DNA of 4,256 nt from the IMG/VR virus record IMGVR_UViG_2537561928_000019, one strand, 5' to 3'. Under the pieces are notes generated by a model, which was not told where the DNA came from, did no database searches, and was given only the letters and a program-made list of their open reading frames with translations. The translations under genes were made by a program, and so were the position numbers. Position 1 is the stretch's first letter; every line of letters starts with the position of its first letter. Source of the stretch: a virus. Lineage: Duplodnaviria; Heunggongvirae; Uroviricota; Caudoviricetes. This document shows positions 1 to 4,256 of the stretch, piece after piece.

Positions 1-67
1 CTTCGCCTTCGGCAAGACCTTCGAAGTATTCTTCGTAAGCCTTTTCCATGATTGCGTCGAAATCCAT
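1..67 (-). CDS. 5' end of a small prophage early-left-operon protein (possibly YdfB-like); the rest lies beyond the left window edge
   Basis: Minus-strand ATG at 67..65 preceded by an AGGTGA Shine-Dalgarno-like motif (rc of 72-77). Open frame to the window edge; visible N-terminus is MDFDAIMEKAYEEYFEGLAEGE. The start lies 1 nt after the stop of the upstream ORF (TGAtATG), an operon-type junction. Not in the ORF track because it has no stop inside the window. Confidence 0.45.
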   Translation of the reverse strand, partial: MDFDAIMEKAYEEYFEGLAEGE

Positions 68-68
68 A

Positions 69-224
69 TCACTCACCTGAGTTTCTTTCCAGCCAGCGAC
101 GAGCGCCAGTTTCGGTTTTAAACGTTTTGCTTTTGGTATACGTCATCGCGGTGAATGTGCCGTCCTGGTTGGGAAACACGCCGCATACCAGAGATTCGCT
201 GTTGCCAAGATCGATAGTATCCAT
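69..224 (-). CDS. ydfA: Small 51-aa prophage protein, YdfA-like (DUF1391-type family of the Qin dicB-operon region)
   Basis: Within track ORF 69..302(-). Chosen start is the internal Met at 224 (MDTIDLGNSESLVCGVFPNQDGTFTAMTYTKSKTFKTETGARRWLERNSGE) because a GAGGT SD sits 4 nt upstream. The 51-aa length and sequence match my recollection of the YdfA family; assignment is from memory, not a search. Confidence 0.5.
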   Translation of the reverse strand: MDTIDLGNSESLVCGVFPNQDGTFTAMTYTKSKTFKTETGARRWLERNSGE

Positions 225-400
225 GCTGACCTCATTTCCCCTTAACGCCGGGGTAGCGGAACAAAAACCTGCTGCATAGTTAAAGTTGAACCCTGCCGTC
301 ATGTTCTTACGCCTCGGGCTGGCTACTTAACCCCTGACCACTGCCTGGTAACTCGAAGTATTGCCCTGCATTATGTGGGGCGGGGTGGGTTGATATTTTT

Positions 401-443
401 AGTTTAATAAACATTAAACTTAAGTCAAGTAAAAACTAAACCG
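401..443 (-). promoter_or_regulatory. OL-like operator/promoter element for the leftward early operon
   Basis: Perfect 8-4-8 palindrome AGTTTAAT-aaac-ATTAAACT at 401-420. On the minus strand, TTGACT (428..423), a 16-nt spacer and TAAACT (406..401) form a sigma70-like promoter reading toward ydfA. The segment 402-420 is 17/19 identical to 1427-1445, and AACTAAACCG at 434-443 recurs as CACTAAACCG at 1457-1466. Confidence 0.5.
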
Positions 444-512
444 CAGGGCGTAACAAACACAACGCTTTTGATAAAGTCGTTGCGGTTGTTATGTTTCTAT
501 TGGTAGTGAAAG

Positions 513-791
513 TTAGGGAAACTGGCGTCTTGCGTGGATCACGTTTACTACTTCAACGCTTGATGTTGTTACGCGGTATAGAATTATATAGTTAGGGTGG
601 GCTACAATCTCACGCAAGCCAGGTACTCTGTCGCTTGGTGGGTATAAATACGGATGTTCGGATAACGGCAGCACACAACCCCTTAATCGCTGCCATAAGC
701 GTTCAGCCGCATCTATGTCGAAACGAGCAATATAACTAGTTATATCATCTAGGTCGGTATCTGCGCTTTCAAGCCATAACACGGGTAACAT
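513..791 (-). CDS. parE2: ParE-family (RelE/ParE superfamily) type II toxin, 92 aa
   Basis: Within track ORF 513..887(-); start placed at the internal ATG 791..789, 1 nt after the stop of the upstream antitoxin (TAAtATG). Protein MLPVLWLESADTDLDDITSYIARFDIDAAERLWQRLRGCVLPLSEHPYLYPPSDRVPGLREIVAHPNYIILYRVTTSSVEVVNVIHARRQFP has the typical ParE layout and a C-terminal ...YRV...V.VV.V.H.RR motif. I cannot tell paralog 1 from paralog 2 by eye. Confidence 0.75.
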   Translation of the reverse strand: MLPVLWLESADTDLDDITSYIARFDIDAAERLWQRLRGCVLPLSEHPYLYPPSDRVPGLREIVAHPNYIILYRVTTSSVEVVNVIHARRQFP

Positions 792-792
792 T

Positions 793-984
793 TTACTGCT
801 TGCTCCGTTCCTTGCGCATTTTAGCAAAGCGTTCTGCCATTCTGCGCTCAACTTCGTCATGGGGAATTGCTGGGCGTGGATCTGCAAGGCTCGTTGCTAC
901 TTTTGCACGCAGCCATTCGTTGTAACTGTTTTCTTGTTCAATGGTTTCAAATTCAGAAACCATTGGTGAAAGGGCTCTATTCAT
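793..984 (-). CDS. paaA2: PaaA2-type antitoxin (small, likely disordered), 63 aa, partner of ParE
   Basis: Within track ORF 793..1038(-); start at Met 984..982 has a GGAGG SD 4 nt upstream (rc of 989-993). Protein MNRALSPMVSEFETIEQENSYNEWLRAKVATSLADPRPAIPHDEVERRMAERFAKMRKERSKQ matches my recollection of the E. coli O157 PaaA2 antitoxin. Lies between the regulator and the toxin in one operon. Confidence 0.7.
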   Translation of the reverse strand: MNRALSPMVSEFETIEQENSYNEWLRAKVATSLADPRPAIPHDEVERRMAERFAKMRKERSKQ

Positions 985-1004
985 GTTTCCTCCGGTTTTA
1001 TAAC

Positions 1005-1376
1005 TCAGGCGCGGCGGCATTTTTGCGCCGCAATCCATCTCGCTATGAGATCTTCCATTGATTCTTTTTTCTGCTTTAACTCGCTGATTATCTGGCGTTG
1101 CTCATCCTCAGGGAAGGCTGAAAAAATCTGCAATAATTCCAGTTGATTAGACGTTAACCCTGCATGTGGTGGAGAAACCTCCGGTTGTTCTGCGTATTCC
1201 GCATCCAGATACCCTTCCGGCATCCCGTATGTTTGCTCTATTCTTCTGGCAGCCTTTTCTCCAAACGAGGCTCTCCCACTCATTAGTTGAGATAGGTAGC
1301 TCTTCTCTTTGGGTGGCAGAGTTTTATCTTTAAACCACTCCTTGAGACGTAAACGGCGAATTTCTTTTTTTTGCAT
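1005..1376 (-). CDS. paaR2: PaaR2-type CI-like HTH transcriptional regulator, 123 aa (first gene of the three-component TA operon; occupies the prophage repressor position)
   Basis: Within track ORF 1005..1481(-); start placed at Met 1376 (MQKKEIRRLRLKEWFKDKTLPPKEKSYLSQLMSGRASFGEKAARRIEQTYGMPEGYLDAE...). The N-terminal HTH-like segment (SYLSQLMSGRASFGEKAARRIEQTYGMPEGYL) resembles the YdaS-like protein encoded divergently. No SD before ATG 1376, but a GATAAT -10 lies 6 nt upstream, suggesting a leaderless transcript. The stop is 20 nt before the paaA2 start. Confidence 0.7.
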   Translation of the reverse strand: MQKKEIRRLRLKEWFKDKTLPPKEKSYLSQLMSGRASFGEKAARRIEQTYGMPEGYLDAEYAEQPEVSPPHAGLTSNQLELLQIFSAFPEDEQRQIISELKQKKESMEDLIARWIAAQKCRRA

Positions 1377-1474
1377 GTGGTAATTATCTTTAGTAATCAC
1401 TAAACAAGCAAATACTTGACTTAATGGTTTATTAAACACTAAACTCTCAAAAAAAACACTAAACCGAGGAAGGT
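1377..1474. promoter_or_regulatory. Divergent promoter/operator region (OR-like) between paaR2 and the ydaS-like gene
   Basis: Palindrome TTTAGT-aatc-ACTAAA at 1389-1404. Three ACTAAAC-containing elements at 1398-1405, 1438-1444 and 1459-1465. Rightward candidate promoter: TTGACT 1416-1421, 18-nt spacer, TAAACT 1440-1445, then GAGGA SD 1466-1470 before ATG 1475. Leftward candidate promoter (minus strand): -35 TTGCTT (rc of 1406-1411), 17-nt spacer containing the palindrome, -10 GATAAT (rc of 1383-1388). Confidence 0.6.
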
Positions 1475-1777
1475 ATGACATTAAAAGAGTTTATTAAATC
1501 ATTGAGGGTTGGTGATGCTAAGAAATTCGCAGCCAGACTTGGTGTATCGCCATCTTACTTATCGCAAATGGCGTCTGGACGAGCAGCTATATCTCCAACA
1601 CGCGCCCTTATGATCGAATCTGCGACGGAAGGCCAAGTAAGTAGGGCGGAGCTACGACCCCATGATTGGGAGCTTATTTGGCCTGAGTATGCGAGCGGCA
1701 TTCGTTTGGGGCAAACACATGTAGTTCATGCTGAAGGTGATTGTAGTGCATGCTTATCTGATGGAGTTGATTCATGA
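1475..1777 (+). CDS. ydaS: YdaS-like Cro-type HTH regulator, 100 aa
   Basis: Track ORF 1475..1777(+). HTH-like segment FAARLGVSPSYLSQMASGRAAISPTRALMIESAT. Divergent from the CI-like regulator, as in cI/cro and racR/ydaS pairs. Stop overlaps the next start (ATGA at 1774-1777). GAGGA SD upstream. Confidence 0.7.
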   Translation: MTLKEFIKSLRVGDAKKFAARLGVSPSYLSQMASGRAAISPTRALMIESATEGQVSRAELRPHDWELIWPEYASGIRLGQTHVVHAEGDCSACLSDGVDS

Positions 1778-2199
1778 AAATCAAGCATGAACACATCCGC
1801 ATGGCGATGAATGCCTGGGCGCATCCGGACGGTGAAAAAGTTCCGGCTGCGAAAATTACCAAAGCGTATTTCGAGCTGGGAATGACGTTCCCGGAACTGT
1901 ATAACGACAGCCATCCGGAAGCCCTGGCTCGCAATACTCAGAAAATTTTCCGCTGGGTGGAGAAAGACACCCCTGATGCGGTTAAAAAAATTCAGGCGTT
2001 GTTACCAGCTATCGAAAAGGCAATGCCACCTCTGCTGGTGGCCCGAATGCGCAGCCACAGTTCAGCCTATTTTCGGGAGCTGGTGGAGACACGGGAGCGA
2101 CTGGTGAGAGACGCTGATGATTTTGTCGCAGTGGCAATCGCCGGTTTCAATCAGATGAACCGCGGTGGCCCGGCAGGAAATGCTGTGGCAGTGCATTGA
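1774..2199 (+). CDS. ydaT: YdaT-like protein (CII-like regulator of Rac/CP-933P-type prophages), 141 aa
   Basis: Track ORF 1774..2199(+). N-terminus MKIKHEHI... and size match my recollection of the YdaT family. Translationally coupled to the ydaS-like gene through the ATGA overlap. Confidence 0.75.
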   Translation: MKIKHEHIRMAMNAWAHPDGEKVPAAKITKAYFELGMTFPELYNDSHPEALARNTQKIFRWVEKDTPDAVKKIQALLPAIEKAMPPLLVARMRSHSSAYFRELVETRERLVRDADDFVAVAIAGFNQMNRGGPAGNAVAVH

Positions 2200-2270
2200 C
2201 TGACAATAGCCATATCGAATCGCTTCCGGCAACTCGTGAGTAAAAAGATTCGGTATCAGAAGAGGTGAGT

Positions 2271-3341
2271 ATGGCTAACGCCTGGCTCAGATTATGGCAT
2301 GACATGCCAAATGACCCTAAGTGGCGAACAATTGCCAGGGTGTCAGGGCAGCCAATTGCAACAGTGATGGCAGTGTATATCCACCTCCTGGTGAGCGCGT
2401 CACGAAATGTCACGCGAGGTCACATTGATGTCACGACAGAAGATTTGGCAAGTGCGCTCGACGTGACAGAAGAGGTAATTGATTCAATTTTGCAGACGAT
2501 GCAGGGGCGGGTACTTGACGGTGATTTAATCACTGGATGGGAAAAACGCCAGGTGCTGAAAGAGGACAACGGCAATATTTCGCAAACCGCAAAATCTCCT
2601 GCAGAGCGCAAGAGGGCGCAGCGAGAGAGGGAAAGAAAGCGGGAACAAAATGGCAATTGTCACGGCGCGTCACGAAATGTCACGCACATGTCACGACGAG
2701 TCACGACAGATAAAGATACAGATAAAGATACAGATCAAGAAGATCAAAACACTATGGTCCATGGCGTAAAAAACGCCACGAACCAGGCAGGGGATGTTCA
2801 GACCGTCAATCCTGGTCAGCCAGCAGGCACGACACCGGAAGCCGATTCAGCGTATGCGCTGAAAGCCGATTCGGGCGCTGTGCAGCAGGTGATGACCGCA
2901 AGGCCGGAGCAATCACACCAACTGCAGCAGCCTGAAGCCGATTCCGCCATTCAGCGGGAAGCCGATCGGGTAGTCCCGGAAAACACCGGGCAGCCTGTGA
3001 GACGAGTGGATTATCCGGATGTGTTCGAACAGGTCTGGCGGGAATACCCGCTGCGTGCTGGGGCAAACCCGAAGAAATCCGCTTTCAGTGCCTGGAAGGC
3101 CAGATTACGCGAGGGGGTGTCACCAGAGGCCATGCTGGATGGCGTGAGGCGTTACGCAAGATACCTTGCGGCTACCGGGAAAACGGGAACGGAATTTGTT
3201 CAGCGAGCGACGACGTTTTTTGGACCGGACCGGAATTTTGAAAACCCCTGGCTGCTCCCGGTAAGCGGCACGAACAACCAGCGTTGTGTGAATCATATTT
3301 CTGAACCGGATACCGAAATTCCACCGGGCTTCAGGGGGTAA
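2271..3341 (+). CDS. Putative phage replication initiation protein (in the YdaU / lambda-O position) with a low-complexity central linker and embedded iterons
   Basis: Track ORF 2265..3341(+). I prefer ATG 2271 (MANAWLRLWHDMPNDPKWR...) with GAGGTG 3 nt upstream; GTG 2265 is the alternative. The C-terminal segment VFEQVWREYPLRAGANPKKSAFSAWKARL... resembles a motif I recall from phage replication proteins. The central part is Asp/Lys/Thr-rich low complexity encoded by DNA repeats. Position after the cro/cII analogs matches lambdoid O-type genes. Confidence 0.65.
   Translation: MANAWLRLWHDMPNDPKWRTIARVSGQPIATVMAVYIHLLVSASRNVTRGHIDVTTEDLASALDVTEEVIDSILQTMQGRVLDGDLITGWEKRQVLKEDNGNISQTAKSPAERKRAQRERERKREQNGNCHGASRNVTHMSRRVTTDKDTDKDTDQEDQNTMVHGVKNATNQAGDVQTVNPGQPAGTTPEADSAYALKADSGAVQQVMTARPEQSHQLQQPEADSAIQREADRVVPENTGQPVRRVDYPDVFEQVWREYPLRAGANPKKSAFSAWKARLREGVSPEAMLDGVRRYARYLAATGKTGTEFVQRATTFFGPDRNFENPWLLPVSGTNNQRCVNHISEPDTEIPPGFRG
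2399..2435 (+). repeat. Iteron-like direct repeat cluster 1 (4 copies of GTCACR at 10-11 bp phasing)
   Basis: GTCACG at 2399 and 2409, GTCACA at 2419, GTCACG at 2430. The 21-mer GCGCGTCACGAAATGTCACGC at 2396-2416 recurs exactly at 2666-2686. Confidence 0.5.
2659..2705 (+). repeat. Iteron-like direct repeat cluster 2 (5 copies of GTCACG at 10-11 bp phasing); candidate origin core
   Basis: GTCACG at 2659, 2669, 2679, 2690 and 2700, one copy per helical turn, immediately followed by an AT-rich tandem repeat. Located inside the initiator gene, as lambda ori is inside O. Confidence 0.55.
2707..2750 (+). repeat. AT-rich tandem repeat (CAGATAAAGATA x2, then degenerate CAGATCAAGAAGATCAA); possible DNA-unwinding element
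   Basis: Exact 12-bp tandem duplication at 2707-2718 and 2719-2730, followed by degenerate copies. Encodes DKDTDKDTDQEDQ in the initiator. Directly 3' of iteron cluster 2. Confidence 0.45.
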
Positions 3342-3381
3342 GTGTTGATTTCTGGTCATGAGGTAATTTTCAGGAGGGCTT

Positions 3382-3804
3382 GTGGCAAAAGTTTTTACAC
3401 AAGAAGAGCGGGAAAAAATTAAAGGGCAGGTTGTTGAACTCGTACGCCGGAGTGGGCGTGAGACGTTACGGCAACTGGAAGTCAAGACAGGTGCGACAAG
3501 ATATCTGATGAGCGTTCTCGCAAGAGAGCTGGTTGCCAGCGGCGATGTATACAACTCTGGTTACGGGTTATTCCCGTCTGAACAGGCGCGTAAGGACTGG
3601 CAAAATGCCCGTAAAAAGCTCTCAAGGGCAAAGCTGAAGGAACCATCTGCGGTTGATCCGGACCTTATCTGGTCATTACCTGACGGAGAAATACGTCGTT
3701 ACGACAGGCGTCATAATATGATTTGTACTGAGTGTCGTAAAAGCGAAGTTATGCAGCGCATATTGTCGTTTTATCAGGGGGATGTCCGGTATTTATTGAA
3801 GTGA
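3382..3804 (+). CDS. Hypothetical protein, 140 aa, function unknown
   Basis: Track ORF 3382..3804(+). GTG start with AGGAGG SD at 3372-3377; an in-frame stop 18 nt upstream limits any extension. Starts 40 nt after the initiator stop, so probably the same operon. The protein is basic with a possible HTH-like N-terminal segment (RETLRQLEVKTGATRYLMSVLARELV) and a C-terminal CTECRK motif. I do not recognise the family. Confidence 0.6.
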   Translation: MAKVFTQEEREKIKGQVVELVRRSGRETLRQLEVKTGATRYLMSVLARELVASGDVYNSGYGLFPSEQARKDWQNARKKLSRAKLKEPSAVDPDLIWSLPDGEIRRYDRRHNMICTECRKSEVMQRILSFYQGDVRYLLK

Positions 3805-3872
3805 CGAGATTAAAGTGCATTAGTTCAGATGCAAATTGACATTTTGTGGCACAGGGTAGAGCTAGCGTGGTT

Positions 3873-3896
3873 GTCCGCTTTGTGCCAAGAGCGGAC
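3873..3896. terminator. Candidate stem-loop between convergent genes (weak intrinsic terminator candidate)
   Basis: GTCCGCT (3873-3879) pairs with AGCGGAC (3890-3896) around a 10-nt loop, followed by TTTG. The U-tract is short, so this is weak. Confidence 0.25.
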
Positions 3897-3933
3897 TTTG
3901 CAAAATGGGGGTTATTTCAATCAAAACGTAACG

Positions 3934-4254
3934 TCACAACCAGCCGACGCTCTCTCGCCATTTATAATTAGTAACTTTATCATTTTCGCTTATTTTTTTA
4001 GATATAGAGCGCGGCTCTCTTCCTAGATACTCAGATATTTCTATCGGGGACAAATCAAAATCAACAAGCATGACTCTAAGTTTTTCCATTTCCTTTAAAG
4101 TCCAAGGCTTGCCATAATTTTCATAAAGAGATACCTTATGCTCCCTGATAGTTCGCTTTCTCTGAGTTTCACTTTCCCTCTGAAAAATCTCGCTTTTAAA
4201 TTGTGAACGGAACTCTTTACAGAAGTTGTTATCAGTTTTTTTGTTATATAGATT
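3934..4254 (-). CDS. 3' part of a minus-strand gene running off the right edge; hypothetical protein with a Myb/SANT-like HTH motif, encoded in low-GC DNA
   Basis: Manual translation of the reverse strand gives a 107-codon open frame from the window edge to TGA at 3936..3934: ...NLYNKKTDNNFCKEFRSQFKSEIFQRESETQRKRTIREHKVSLYENYGKPWTLKEMEKLRVMLVDFDLSPIEISEYLGREPRSISKKISENDKVTNYKWRESVGWL. Absent from the ORF track because the start is outside the window. The segment KPWTLKEMEKL...ISEYLGREPRSISKKI resembles a Myb/SANT-type helix-turn-helix. The region is clearly more AT-rich than the rest of the window. Confidence 0.5.
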   Translation of the reverse strand, partial: NLYNKKTDNNFCKEFRSQFKSEIFQRESETQRKRTIREHKVSLYENYGKPWTLKEMEKLRVMLVDFDLSPIEISEYLGREPRSISKKISENDKVTNYKWRESVGWL

Positions 4255-4256
4255 GC

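Noticed and set aside
52-279. Plus-strand ORF of 75 aa
   Set aside because: Overlaps the better-supported minus-strand YdfA-like gene, which has an SD and an operon-type junction. The product is hydrophobic and low-complexity with no RBS, so it is probably an antisense artefact.
371-393. G-quadruplex in the G-rich tract
   Set aside because: Only three G-runs of at least 3 are present; a fourth is needed for a canonical intramolecular G4.
867-1061. Plus-strand ORF of 64 aa
   Set aside because: Entirely antisense to the antitoxin gene and the regulator's 3' end; no RBS or promoter context.
1674-1934. Minus-strand ORFs of 86 aa and 62 aa (1674..1934 and 1726..1914)
   Set aside because: Antisense to the ydaS/ydaT-like genes, mutually overlapping, with no start signals. 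Typical shadow ORFs.
2265-2270. GTG at 2265 as the initiator start (track ORF start)
   Set aside because: ATG at 2271 has better-placed SD-like sequence and gives an MANAW... N-terminus. The difference is two codons and neither is proven.
2147-2656. Minus-strand ORFs 2147..2413 and 2420..2656
   Set aside because: Antisense to the initiator gene, Ser/Thr-rich low-complexity products, no RBS.
2399-2705. GTCACG repeats as a possible mini CRISPR array
   Set aside because: Repeat units are only 6 bp with 4-5 bp intervening sequence, lie inside a coding sequence and show helical phasing. They look like iterons, not CRISPR repeats and spacers.
2806-3066. Minus-strand ORF of 86 aa
   Set aside because: Antisense within the initiator gene; Pro/Arg/Ala-rich composition typical of a GC-rich antisense frame.
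3120-3554. Minus-strand ORF of 144 aa spanning the initiator 3' end and the 140-aa gene 5' end
   Set aside because: Ser/Arg/Thr-rich low-complexity product overlapping two well-supported plus-strand genes, one with a strong SD. Judged an antisense artefact, although an overlapping gene cannot be fully excluded without expression data.
3835-3866. Consensus TTGACA hexamer at 3835-3840 as a possible promoter
   Set aside because: No acceptable -10 hexamer at 16-18 bp spacing, and it sits between convergent gene ends.
3829-4026. Plus-strand ORF of 65 aa
   Set aside because: Overlaps the 3' end of the longer convergent minus-strand frame; no RBS, and the hydrophobic product looks like a read-through artefact of AT-rich sequence.
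1-4256. tRNA, rRNA, IS element or integrase signatures
   Set aside because: No cloverleaf-like or rRNA-like segments, no terminal inverted repeats flanking a transposase-like ORF, and no recombinase ORF were seen in the window.

Overview
This window reads as the immunity and early-replication region of a lambdoid (Rac/Qin/CP-933P-like) enterobacterial prophage. A leftward operon encodes a CI-like HTH regulator, a 63-aa antitoxin and a ParE-family toxin (the three-component paaR2-paaA2-parE2 module), followed by small early-left genes (YdfA-like, and the start of a second that runs off the left edge). A 98-bp divergent control region separates it from a rightward operon: Cro-like YdaS homolog, CII-like YdaT homolog, a replication-initiator-like protein, and a 140-aa protein of unknown function. 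The window ends in an abruptly AT-rich segment carrying a convergent, 5'-truncated minus-strand gene. The least-described signals are: (i) nine phased GTCACR direct repeats in two clusters plus an AT-rich tandem repeat inside the initiator gene, a likely embedded origin; (ii) near-identical operator-like elements at two sites about 1 kb apart (OL/OR-like); (iii) the unrecognised 140-aa gene and the AT-rich gene with a Myb/SANT-like motif, which are candidate accessory cargo. All family assignments come from reading the translated sequence and from memory; no database search was run.
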